Source: Octopus sinensis (Eukaryota). Taken from it: a stretch of 64,000 nt of DNA. The stretch lies in NCBI RefSeq assembly GCF_006345805.1, contig NC_043006.1, positions 56,482,001 through 56,546,000 on the forward strand, in the 5' to 3' direction. Positions 51,911-64,000 of the stretch are shown piece by piece (position 1 is the stretch's first letter; each line of letters begins with the position of its first letter). The notes beneath the pieces were generated by a model, which did no database searches, had not been told where the DNA came from, and saw nothing but the letters and a program-made list of their open reading frames with translations. The translations under genes and the position numbers were made by a program.

Positions 51911-52261
51911 GTGAAAGTAAGATGAAAGTAACGGAACAGATTCCAGGTAAACAAACTGTGTAAATAAAATAATAATACGTACTGAATGCTTTTGTGTATC
52001 AGGGAAAACAGGTGATTTCAGTGACAAACCAGATGACAAAATTACTGCAAAGTAAACAATTCAATAACAAAGAATGTCTTTTATATCGTAAGCCTGAAGC
52101 AAGGAAGAAGAACTATAATCATCTGAAGCTAGCAATTTTAATTTCGAATTCATCAATTTACATAAGATACTTTTAATCTAAAACATATCATTTTGTACTA
52201 TCTCTGACAACACAAAACTCCCTCATTTCTTTCTGCACCAAGTTTTGCTTTGCCTTTCCGA

Positions 52262-52327
52262 TATGTGGTGTGTGTGTGTGTGTACGTGTGTGTGCGTGCG
52301 TGTGTATGTGTTTGTATGTATGTATAT

Positions 52328-52375
<48 letters not shown>

Positions 52376-52380
52376 ATATA

Positions 52381-52473
<93 letters not shown>

Positions 52474-52495
52474 ATATATATATAGATAGATATAT
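52262..52495. repeat. TG/TA microsatellite
   Basis: Directly visible. Confidence 0.97.
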
Positions 52496-53062
52496 AAGTG
52501 TATGTGTTTGTGTGTTAAAATACTGTATGCTTCTCTCCAAATACACATAGGTAAGACAACAGATTTTATTGTTGCCACATTCAATTTTTAGAAAAATAAA
52601 ATCTCGAAATACTGTAATTTACTTTTCATTACAGCTCAGAGTTCTTTTATGTGGATTTAGGTTTTGTTTTGTCAAAGCAGATTACTTATATGCTTAGCTG
52701 TTGCTCACTAGCGAGTATGTCCTGTAATTTGTGTCAGCATTTCCTAATTCTTATACATGTCAATGTAGTCGCAAGCAAAGATAGAGACTCTGTCGGTCAT
52801 CGCACACTTGACCTAGCGGATCATCGAAAATGTGATAGTTGAAAAGAGATAGAGCTGTACCAGAGATCAGTTGGTATTCGTTTTTAGCAGAGTAGAGTAG
52901 ACTAAAGTGAAATGATGTGCCTCACCTTAGGACGAGCTCGTCACCGGTTCAGAAATTGAACCCACGACCTTATAGTGAGAGAGAATTGCGTGCTCTAGTG
53001 ATTTCGATACTCTTTAATCACTACAGCACACAATTCTCTCTCTCTTTCATCCTACATGTATG

Positions 53063-53114
<52 letters not shown>

Positions 53115-53197
53115 ATTTTAAAGCCCTTAAGTATGTGTAAAATAGGTACGTTTAAATTTGTTTGAACCTCTGTTATGCCGGAATTTTTATTCCCTAA

Positions 53198-53236
<39 letters not shown>

Positions 53237-54289
53237 CATGCATACATGTATATAATATATATATTTATTTATTTACTCACACGCAGCATCTTTCAGAGCT
53301 TTAGTTCGTTACCAAATTGAAAACTGTTAACATTTCTGAAGAGGACTGGTCCCTAGCTACATTTTGACATTAAAAAAAATTAAGATTTGATCTAGTAGAA
53401 AAAAAGTTTACATTAAAATTTATAGCAAAGTTATAGGAGTGTACGTAACACCACCGATCAAGTTTAGAGCTAAACAACTTAAAATTTTTTAAAGCAAAAT
53501 ATATTTATCTTAGTTTCAATGATAGACGAAAGCATAAAGAATTTCATAGTTTTTATCCCATGCAATAAAAGTTTGCATCAAAAAATTTGCGAGGTAAAAT
53601 ATCATGAAAACAAATATAAGTTTAAAAATGGATTTAAATATAATTAACTTATTTATTTTAAAAACAAACTATATTTTAATTAAGCTCAAATTCAAGGAAT
53701 TTCATGGTATCAATCTTATGCAATGAAGTTTTAAAAGGAAAATGTTATGAGTGTTTGTTTCTCAAATTTGACGTTGTTTTATATAGTTCTATACATTTTT
53801 ATGAATGTAATTCTACAAGGTGACTTTTAATATATGTACCCGGCGTTATTTGGATACGGAAAAATTATCAACGACACCACTTATTGATACATTTGACACA
53901 ATATTAATTAGCATAATAGCATAGCCTGTAAAAAAACATGGATTACGTGTAAACATGAAGGCAAGAGAAATAATATTCTTAAGATTTTAAACGTAGAAAA
54001 TTACAGGACAAGTTATTACACTTGGAAAATTTCAGGACAACTTATTACTTCTAGTAAAGTACAGAACAAGAAGATTTTTACTTAAAATATTGCAGCTAAG
54101 GATAAAAATTGAATATTAAAAATTATTTAATTTCAATTTACAAAATAACATTATAATTTTAAAAGGTACTATCATTTTGTTGAAATATTGACACACTAGA
54201 ATACTTTAAAAACGAGAACCAGAACTAGTACCAACATAGCTAATATTTTAGGCAAAGTAGAATATTATTTCTCTTGGTCGCATTTTCCC

Positions 54290-54311
54290 ATGTAATATAT
54301 ATTATATATAT

Positions 54312-54403
<92 letters not shown>

Positions 54404-54437
54404 TGTATGTATGTATGTATGTATGTATGTGTGCGTG

Positions 54438-54480
<43 letters not shown>
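54290..54480. repeat. (TA)/(TATG) microsatellite
   Basis: Directly visible. Confidence 0.97.
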
Positions 54481-54481
<1 letters not shown>

Positions 54482-54496
54482 GATTTATGTATATAA

Positions 54497-55753
54497 ATGA
54501 GGGGGGGTTGAAAAGTTTGTAGGCTGACTATGAAGGACTGATGCTAGAGTTTCTTGTATGCATTAATCTCAACTCTTCATATCAATAATTGTATTGCTTC
54601 TTTCCGGTAAACTGATATCTCCACTGTTCAAAGAGAACTTCAGAAGTAACTTGTAGCGACTTCTCTTGAAAATAGACTAAATTTGGTATTGTGGTGTTAT
54701 CGAGTATCACTACAAAAAGGGTTTAGCCCCAAAGACATTCATTTGACATTAGGGGATGATATTCCAGTTTTATCAACAGTGTAAAAGTTGGCAGCTGAAA
54801 TTAGGAGTGAAAGGGGGAAAGTCATGAAGATCCAAGGTCTGGACGTCCTACATCTACCTCTACCGAGGAAAACATTGTGACGGATTACAGGCGACTAACG
54901 ATAAATCAAATAGCCAATACTGTTAGCATATACTGTGAGGGAGTTGAGAAAATTCTGCACGATGAATTTGGCATGACGAAGGTCTCTGTTCGGTGGCTGC
55001 CACGTCTTCTGACGCCTAATCAAAGGTGCACCAGTCTGATCACATTATGGGAAAATCTCACATTGTTTCAAACAGATCCATATGGTTTCCTTGGATATTT
55101 CATCAGTCAGAGTGAGTGTTTGCTTCATCACTTTGAACAAGAAACAAAGAGACAATTCATGCAGTGGAAACACCCCTCCTCACCTGCTCCAAAGAAGACC
55201 AAGGTTGTTTCATCTACAAGGAATTCGATGGCCTCAGTTATATGGGATGCAAAAAACATTGCGATTATTTACTGCCTTCAAAAGGGCCACGCTCAATGGA
55301 GAGTACTATGCCAACTTGCTGAGGTAACGAAACGCTATCAAGACCAAAAAGTCAGAAAAACTGACAAAAGGACTCCTTAGTACTGACAAAAGGACTTCCT
55401 TAGTACGATGCTCCAGCACACAACTCCTTGGCTTCAATGGCTACTGTGTGTGACTGTGCTTTGAACTGGTTGACCACCCTCCCTATTCTCCTCATTTGGT
55501 CCCATCTGACTATCATCTGTTCTCCCACATGAAAAACAGCTGCGAACGAGTCTGGCAGTGATGATGATGTCCTATCTGCTGCTGACGATTTTTTTGAGCA
55601 ACAATATGAAAGTTTTTCACCAATGGGATCCAAGCGCCGATGGAAGAAATGTGTTGACCACAGGATGCGGGGACTATCGTGGAAAATAAAGCCCATTTGG
55701 TTACATTACATGAGAGTAACATGGCTAGCCTATAAACTTTTCAGCCGCCCCTC

Positions 55754-55755
<2 letters not shown>
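54497..55755 (+). mobile_element. Full-length (about 1.26 kb) but decayed mariner transposon
   Basis: TIRs GAGGGGGGGTTGAAAAGTTTGTAGGCT / AGCCTATAAACTTTTCAGCCGCCCCTC; WLPRLL (WVPxxL), QWKHPSSPAPKK, NGEYYANLL, HPPYSPHLVPSDYHLF; several frameshifts. Confidence 0.95.
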
Positions 55756-55790
<35 letters not shown>

Positions 55791-56067
55791 GAGCAAGAGA
55801 GAGGGAGAACGAAAACAAGAAACACATATTAACCACACAGTTATGGCATTATTATTGCTTCAATAAGTTTCACAGTGTTTATAATCACTATGTTCCGCAT
55901 CAGTTGCATTTTATGCCAACCCAGTGAGCTGCAGTTCACAAAAGAGAATAGCTAGTAATACTGAGATAGTACAAAAATAATGTCAAATAACAGCAAAATC
56001 TTCACGAACATGGCGTGCTTGTTTTCAACAGTACAATGGTGCATATATTTGGATATATACATATATA

Positions 56068-56213
56068 TACGACGGGCTTCATTCAGTTTCCTTTTACCAA
56101 ATCGACTCACAAGGATTTGGTCGGCCCAAGATCCTATGCAGTGCAGTGGGACTGAACCCGGAACCATGTGGTTGAGAAGTAAGCTTTTTAACACACAGCC
56201 CCGCCTGCGCCTA
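56068..56213 (-). mobile_element. SINE S1 5' half
   Basis: GACGGGCTTC...GGGACTGAACCCGGAACCATGTGG...GCGCCT. Confidence 0.85.
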
Positions 56214-56217
56214 TGAT

Positions 56218-56273
<56 letters not shown>

Positions 56274-56315
56274 TATATATATTATATACATATATACATA
56301 TATATATACATACAT

Positions 56316-56442
<127 letters not shown>

Positions 56443-56957
56443 CAGATGGATAGATAGATAGATAGTTAGATAGACAGGTAGATATACATGCGCCGATATA
56501 CGAATATATATTTGTATGCGTGCGTGTGTGTGTGTGTGTGCGCGCGCGCGCTTGTGTGATTATAGGAGATGTTATATTCTGGGATTATATCGGTAATCAA
56601 AATCTCACTTTGTAACTGATTGTATCTAGCCCGAGCTCTCCGGTGTATCAATATTAATATTCACATTCTTACACAGAGACAAATAGACAGTCATCCATTC
56701 ATACATACGACTTATTTCCTGTTGCATAAACCAAGTAAGCAGTTTCTCTAATTTTAGTTATTCTGCCAACTTATTGTCCAAACTATCACATGATACATTC
56801 ACTGTTGAATTTTACAGCAAATTATCATTCATACCAAACACACTTTATCGGAGCTGCTGGCAATTTTTGGCATATTTTCTCTATAAGAAAGGGAATTTTC
56901 AAACCACCATCAGAGTCGAGAAAATTTCGACATAGCTCCAAGGCCCTCCCGCTCCCA

Positions 56958-56998
56958 TTACTTTCGAAAATTAGTAAATTACGAAACCGGTAAAGTAA
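56958..56998 (+). ncRNA. Degenerate HHR relic related to the 7372-8264 family
   Basis: TTACTT-TCGAAAA-TTAGTAAATTAC-GAAAC-CG-GTA-AAGTAA; shares helix I, the ACCGGT palindrome and downstream TTCCACTCGT with 8176-8275. Confidence 0.45.
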
Positions 56999-57451
56999 AT
57001 CTAAATCAATTTTTTAAATAAACGTATTTTTAACTTCCTTTTTATTCTTCCACTCGTATACGAAAAATTATTTTCCTCTGTTGGGCGCGTGTGTGTGCTT
57101 GTGTGTGTGTGTGTGTGTGTGTGTGCTTGTGTGTGTGTGTTTGTGTTTGTGTTTGTGTGTGTGTGTTTTTGTGTGTGTACGTGTATGTGTATACAGGGAG
57201 AGAGAGAGAGGGAAATCATACCGAAATTCAGAAAACTTGAACCATACATAACGTACATAGCTCTACGTTTGTTATGTGAACGTCTTGACTGTAGAAATTG
57301 AGTTGGTGTGAATAAATCACATACATTTCATATGTAAACTGTTAGTAATTCGAGAATTTTATACACATCTGTCTCAGGATATTTAACCATAATTAGAAAA
57401 CTTCGGCTGGCCAGAGGAAGTTCAATCAAGATTGCTATATATAGCAGCCTG

Positions 57452-57513
<62 letters not shown>

Positions 57514-57525
57514 GCGTGCGTGCGT

Positions 57526-57576
<51 letters not shown>

Positions 57577-57577
<1 letters not shown>

Positions 57578-57703
57578 ACGAGGGGTGTATGAAAAGTCTT
57601 GAGCCTCAAGTAAAACAAAACATGGTACAAGCCTTCTGATGAATGTACAAGACTCCAAGGCTCAAAGGTCTTGAAGGCTCAAAACTTTTCATACACCCAC
57701 ATA
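57577..57703. mobile_element. About 125-bp mariner MITE
   Basis: GGGTGTATGAAAAGTCTTGAGCCT / AGGCTCAAAACTTTTCATACACCC, TA-flanked. Confidence 0.85.
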
Positions 57704-57711
57704 TATATATA

Positions 57712-57812
57712 TACGACGGGCTTCATTTAGTTCCCTTCTACCAAATCCACCCACAAGGATTTGGTCGGCCCAAGGTCCCATGCAGTGGGACTGAACCCGG
57801 AACCATGTGGTA
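57712..57812 (-). mobile_element. SINE S1 5' fragment with internal deletion
   Basis: GACGGGCTTC..CCAAATCCAC..CCCAAGG..GGGACTGAACCCGG. Confidence 0.8.
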
Positions 57813-58479
57813 TGTACATATGTACCATGTGGTACGTACGTAAGTGTGTGCATGGCTGTCTTCCTGCATGTATGTATGTAGGTCTTTCTGTCTGTATATA
57901 TGCATGGCATCACATGACACCAAACAGGCATGACGGTTAATGATTTCAAGGGAGGTATATAGAACCTATTCACTCGTTTAGACGCATCGATAGAGAGAAT
58001 TCGTCTTCTTTATCGCGTTTCCTCTAGAGAGATCGTGACCTCAAGAATGAAACCCCATGTAGGACCATGTCGAATGGATCATCATCATCGACGTGATCCT
58101 ACATTACTCGCCTGTCACCCACAATTGCCAGCGCTGCCTCCGCGAAAGACTGCACATTTTCCACATCCTGCAGTATCTGTCAACAGGAAATGTGAATTAT
58201 CTTATTACTGCCAATAGAGGTACCCCTTACTAGTGAAACTTCTGACCACTGGACACTGACAACCGAGATATACGTCCTCAACAACAGCTACCCAACAACT
58301 AATCAGCGATGCCTTCACAGACCACAGGCGGAGATCCCAACCTTATGCATCCCCGTTAACCACTCCGTTTACCTTCATAAATGTAAGTATCCTCACGCAC
58401 ACACACATTAATGTATGTACACTTTTTATCTCTTTTCTTCTCCCACTCCCACACTAAACCTCAGTCCAATGCCAATTTT

Positions 58480-60600
58480 CGTCCCCATTTTCACTGTGAC
58501 CTAGCCCCCCTAGTGGCTTCCTTCTCCTCTCACATCCATGACACCAACCATGCTCTTCGTTTGTCCAACTCTTTCTCCTTCCCTCCTCGCCCCTCTAAAC
58601 TTCTCTTCACTCTTGACATCTAGAGTCTATACATGTTGATCCCTCACCTCAAGGGGCTGCGTGCACTCCAACATTTCCTTGACCTTCGACCCAACCCCCA
58701 ACCTGACACATCCACACTCCTTCGTCTGGCTGAACTTGTTCTCTCAACTGCTTCTCGTTCGCGACTGATTTTTACCAGCAGTTCTAGAGAGTGACCATGG
58801 GAACGAGAACAAGCCCCAACTATGCGAACCTGTTCGTTGGCTACGTTGATGTCCAAATATTCTCAAGTTTCACTGGTCCCACTCCCGAACTAAATGGTCG
58901 TTATATTGACGACTGTATCGGTGCGACCTCACTCTCCCGCAAACATCTAGAATCCTTCCTCTTTTGTCAAATCTTTCCATCCTGCCCTCCACTTCTCCTA
59001 CATTATTTCCGACACTTGAGTCGCCTTCCTCGACATTTCGGTCAGCATTCATCACTCCACTCTCAACACCTCCATCCACTACAAACACACAGACTAACAC
59101 TTATACCTCAACTTATTCTCCTCCCACCCTAAACACACCAATCTCTCCATCCCCTATTCCCAATTCCTCCGACTACGCAGGTTCTGCAATGACGACCATG
59201 ACTTTGAGACTCAGTCTCAACTTATGGCTCACCTCTTCATCCTACGTGGATATCCCCTCACCACCATCCATACCGCCTTTGCCAGAGCACGTTCCGTGGA
59301 CCGTGTCTCTACTATCTCTCCACCCCACCACCCTACCTCTCCAACGCACCATTCTCCAAGCCTTCCGGCGACTCCATTCCGACCCCTACACTTCGCAAAT
59401 CTTCTCTAACCGACCCCTCCTCTCCTTCAAACGAGCCCACAACCTACGAGACCTTTGGTCCACAGCTTCTTCCCTTACCCAACCACCCAACTTTGCTCGT
59501 TCTCCTGCTCTCGCCCACACTGTTATACTTGCTCTTACCTCTCCATCACCACTCTCCTCACAGACACCTATCATCGACCCTATCATATCACTGACTCCTT
59601 CACCTGCACTTCTAGCAAGGTCATCTACTGTAACTCCTGCTCTCTCTGTCCTTCTCTATACATTGGTTAAACAGGACGTAGCTTGGCTGACCGGTTCGCG
59701 GAACACCTCCGAGACATCAGACTCGGTGACGACACCCTGGTCTCGCGCCATTTCCACTCTACCAGACACTCTTTACAACATCTGTCTGTGTTCGGATTGT
59801 CCTTGCACTCCGGACGCCCGTCTTCGCCTGAACAAGGATTAATCTTCTCTCTTCGCTCCTTTGTGCCACATGGGAGCAACTCTCCTCCTCCCTTCATCTA
59901 ACCCTCCTTCTCTCTCCTCTCTTCCTCTCACACCTACTTCCTCCCAGCCACCTCTCCTCTCTTGCTCCGACACTTACTTCCCCTCTTCACTCCTACCCAT
60001 TCCACCCTCTCCCTTCATCGTCACTCCTCCCTCGTTACCCCACCCTTACAAATTCCAGCCCCACCTTTCTATACAGCCCATCCCACCCTACCCCATCCCT
60101 TACACCCACCCTTGCTTCCCCCAGTCTCGCCTCCCCCACACCCCAACACCACCACACCAGAACGCCACACACCACCATACCACACCACAGAACATCACAT
60201 CACACCACCCCGCACACACTAGAACTGACCACTTCTAAGCATCGACACCATCATCCATTCACCTACACAAGCACACGCACACGTCAAGGTCACCATCCAC
60301 CTTCCACACGCACATACACGCTCTCACATATACATGCACGCGCACCTTCGTTTTGGGATCACCCCTTCTTCCTAGTTCTCGTGTGGGAACCCTCTGTCCG
60401 ACATTCGCCATGATAGATCGCTAGCCACTAAGCCTTTTTTTAATTTTCGCTCCCTTTTTATTCCTGTGTTCCTTTCTGTAGAAGAGCGTAGGCTCGAAAC
60501 GTAAAAGACTTTCTCACTTCCCGAGCGTTAAATTAATACATATGTTTGTTGCTTACACACCTGTCTTCGTCTTTTGTTTTTTGTAAATTCTCACTATATG
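58480..60600 (+). mobile_element. Penelope-like element (Neptune-type): decayed RT + GIY-YIG, pyrimidine-rich 3' region, pLTR family A with HHR-like motif (60471-60508)
   Basis: LFTLDI*SLYMLIPH, MGTRTSPNYANLFVG, GRYIDDCIGA, then VIYCNSCSLCPSLYIG*TGRSLADRFAEH...VSRHF; several frameshifts. Confidence 0.93.
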
Positions 60601-60604
60601 TGCA

Positions 60605-60785
60605 TTGGCGATTTACTTTCTCCGTATTCCCTTCCTTGGACCTTTCCTTTTTCTAAGTTTCTGACGAAGAGCTCCGCTCGAAACGTTAAATCTCCTTCTT
60701 TCTTTCTTTTCCTGAGCGTCCAATAACACTATACTTGTTCCACGTCCTCGCGTTGTTGTGTTTTCTCTTTGTTCATGTTATATTA
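60605..60785 (+). mobile_element. pLTR family B directly after pLTR A, with intact minimal HHR (60655-60692)
   Basis: GTTT-CTGACGA (60661-60667)-A-GAGC TCC GCTC-GAAAC-GTT-AAAT. Confidence 0.85.
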
Positions 60786-61052
60786 TATACCTCTGTGTGT
60801 TCGTATGTATGTATGTACGTATTTATATTTGTATATATCTTAATCTTCATATATATATATATAAATTGGTTTTTTGCATATACTTCATTATATGCTATTT
60901 TTAATTAGCTCCTTTTCAGGCATATTCGATTGCCTGAACAGTCATAAACATTACGCGATTATGGGCTTCATATAAACTTTTAGTAGTTACAGAAGGTAAT
61001 GTCATCACAGCAATGAATATGCTCATATATAAATATATTTACATATATATAT

Positions 61053-61094
<42 letters not shown>

Positions 61095-61399
61095 CACAAA
61101 TATATAAGTATGTATATGTTCATACATATACATATATATGTGTGTGTGTTTGTATTCATGTGAGTTTATGTATGCGAGGATATATCTATATTGTAAAAAT
61201 ACAAAATTATATCTGTGTATATAAAGTTACGGGCATTTTCGGTTTTTTCTGTCTAACCTTCTCTTCTATCATTGTGACAGAGGTGCACAGACACGCAGGC
61301 ACACAGACACATACAAACACACATTCACATATACACACTCATAACACACACACACTTATTTTCATATATACGTGTTGCATACATATATGCGTTTGTTAA

Positions 61400-61468
61400 T
61401 GTGTATTTGTGTTTATGTGTAGGCGTATATATTTATATGCACACACACATACCTACCTACCTACCAAC

Positions 61469-61499
<31 letters not shown>

Positions 61500-61589
61500 C
61501 ATGTACATATATATATTATATATATATATATACATATATATACATATATATATATACATATATATACATATATATACATATATATATAC

Positions 61590-61644
<55 letters not shown>

Positions 61645-61645
61645 C

Positions 61646-61677
<32 letters not shown>

Positions 61678-61782
61678 ACATATATACATATATATATATA
61701 CATATATATATATATACATATATACATATATAATATATATATATACATATATACATATTATATATATACATATATTATATAC

Positions 61783-61854
<72 letters not shown>

Positions 61855-61859
61855 CATAT

Positions 61860-61911
<52 letters not shown>

Positions 61912-61915
61912 TATG
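61400..61915. repeat. Long TA/TACA microsatellite
   Basis: Directly visible. Confidence 0.98.
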
Positions 61916-62611
61916 CGCGTGTGTATACGAGTGTGTACATTTATGTGTATGAATTAGTGTATATGCATGCATTATATCGATAAATACTTTATATGAATGT
62001 ATAATTGTATATATGTAATATACTGCATTTTGCTGTTCGTTTCGCTTCTATCTATATCATTTCTAGGAAAATCATTTTGATATATTGCTATGTTAGGTTG
62101 TCTGCTCGTGTAAACTACTCTAAGTATGTAATTTACCCCTTGAAAGCACAATGATATATTAATAGCATTGACATAAATAAGCAGTGATATAATTTGCCTG
62201 GTGTGGCAGAGAAAATATGGAAGCAATCTTCAATTGCCTAATAAATAATCAAAAATGCGTTGTGAAAATAATTAATGGAGTCACGGCTTTTGAACATAAT
62301 GAAAATATACTTCAAGTGTGGATGTTATGGATAGCGTCGCTGTTGCTAACTGCTGTTGTTGTTGCTGTTGAATTGTTTATCATTGTTCGAAGAATATTAG
62401 ATTGGCTGACTTAATTTGCAAACTAAAAGGAATTTTTACTTAAGTCTAGTTTCTGAGATCAAATCCCACTAGGGGTAGCAATATTTTTCATAATTTCTAG
62501 ATAAATAAAATAAGCAGCAATTAGTATACCGAATGGATTATATTGATTAACCGTTTAGTATTTAAACCTGCCGTAACAAGCCCCAATATTCTATGTGTTT
62601 TGTGCTAAAAC

Positions 62612-63033
62612 TGACCAGGAGTGGCTGTGTGGTAAGTAGCTTGCTAACCAGCCACATGGTTCCGGGTTCAGTCCCACTGTGTGGCATCTTGGGCAAGTGT
62701 CTTCTGCTGTAGCCCCGGGCCGACCAATGCCTTGTGAGTGGATTTGGTAGACGGAAACTAAAAGAAGCCTGTCGTATATATGTATATATATATATATATA
62801 GATGTGTGTGTGCATGTGTTTGTGTGTCTGTGTTTGTCCCTTTAGCATTGCTTGACAACCGATGCTGGTGTGTTTACGTTCCCCTCACTTAGCGGTTCGG
62901 CAAAAGAGACCGATAGAATAAGTACTGGGCTTACAAAGAATAAGTCCCGGGGTCGAGTTGTTCGATTAAAAGGCGGTGCTCCAGCATGGCCGCAGTCAAA
63001 TGACTGAAACAAGTAAAAGAGTAAAAGAGTAAA
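62612..63033 (+). mobile_element. SINE S1, full length, young
   Basis: A/B boxes, internal microsatellite, (AAAAGAGT)n tail. Confidence 0.93.
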
Positions 63034-63550
63034 GAGAGATCCAACCTGTCACACCTCTCCTACAATGTTATTCTAAAAATTTACAATCACATCATCGAAA
63101 TCTTGAAGCTACAAAACAATGGAAAATGAACTCCAAACAATGTGAATAAGTAAGCCGTATATTTCACTACGAAACCTGAATGCTAAAGGGTTAAGCACCA
63201 CCACTTTCAAAAGCCCCTAATCGGGAATCAATGCTGGGAATCTTAATTATCAACATCTTATCCATGTTCAACGATGGAGATGATGGGAGGTCACATCGTT
63301 ATGACACTAAACTCATATTGCTTTGTAGTATTTACCTACGACCCTTTTTCTCTTTACTCGCCCCAACACGTGTTATTTTTTATTATCCCAGTCAATTCAC
63401 TGTTGACTAACTCGCTAATATAGTCCATGTAATCTGTCTGCATCGTAAACGTACGTTCATCTTCCCTTAACAGCTTCCCTATTTGTAAGTCTCATGTACA
63501 GTACATGTCGGGAACTTATGCTATGTATAGCCAACCATACATAATACTGG

Positions 63551-63871
63551 TCACCTTACGTTATACCTTTCTACATTCCAAACTAATACCCGAAATATGT
63601 TCTGAATTGGTCGCTGTGACTTTCTAATGTTCAAGTTAGTACACAGGGAATCTAGCCTTGTAGAAGTGTCGAAAACTTGAAAAATATGATGAGAGTTCAG
63701 ATGTTTCTGCAAGTGTCCTACTCGATCACAGCGCGCATTTAATATGCCACTCCAATCACAAACACCGAAATTATATACATACAGAACAATTCCAATAGCA
63801 ACATCCCCAGCTATGATTATGAATCTTACTGCCGAAATAAGTAGCAGAGTCTGCAGGAACAATTTAAACAT
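63551..63871 (-). CDS. Non-repetitive ORF of unknown function, hydrophobic N-terminus (MFKLFLQTLLLISAVRFIIIAG...)
   Basis: 106 codons from ATG 63871, open upstream to 63949; possible acceptor TTATAATAG| just upstream and donor AAC|GTAAGG near the end. No family recognised. Confidence 0.3.
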   Translation of the reverse strand: MFKLFLQTLLLISAVRFIIIAGDVAIGIVLYVYNFGVCDWSGILNARCDRVGHLQKHLNSHHIFQVFDTSTRLDSLCTNLNIRKSQRPIQNIFRVLVWNVERYNVR

Positions 63872-63964
63872 GGGCACTCCTATTATAAGGAGGTACGAGC
63901 ATGAATCTTCAGGTAGACTTCTTTGGTATAAATGAGATCCACTCCACAATCACGCACACGGACG

Positions 63965-64000
<36 letters not shown>

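Noticed and set aside
53325-53405. CTGAAGA-GGAC..GTCC followed by CTAGTAGAAA
   Set aside because: No GAAA core segment in the required position.

Overview
AT-rich, repeat-saturated animal genomic DNA, most likely Octopus. This is inferred from the tRNA/CORE-type SINE families and the very high TA/TG/GATA microsatellite load. No host protein-coding gene can be identified with confidence; there are only a few candidate exons. The window is a mosaic of Tc1/mariner elements and MITEs, two Helitron remnants, CR1, R4/Dong and HERO-like LINE fragments, two Penelope-like elements (PLEs: RT and/or GIY-YIG), at least five SINE families and a recent 1.25 kb tandem duplication. The most notable signal is a dense set of type I hammerhead ribozyme (HHR) motifs: about 16 copies from about 7 sequence families, carried by PLE pseudo-LTRs. 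It includes (i) a 176-bp inverted repeat in which both arms keep a fully canonical HHR, each preceded by its own antisense; (ii) two different minimal HHRs 184 nt apart at the 3' end of a Penelope element; and (iii) family-wide core variants (A6U; U3-A8; U4C). PLE-borne HHRs are established biology; these specific arrangements and variants may be undescribed. All alignments, folds and counts were done by eye, so boundaries are approximate (about +/-10 nt unless exact motifs are quoted).
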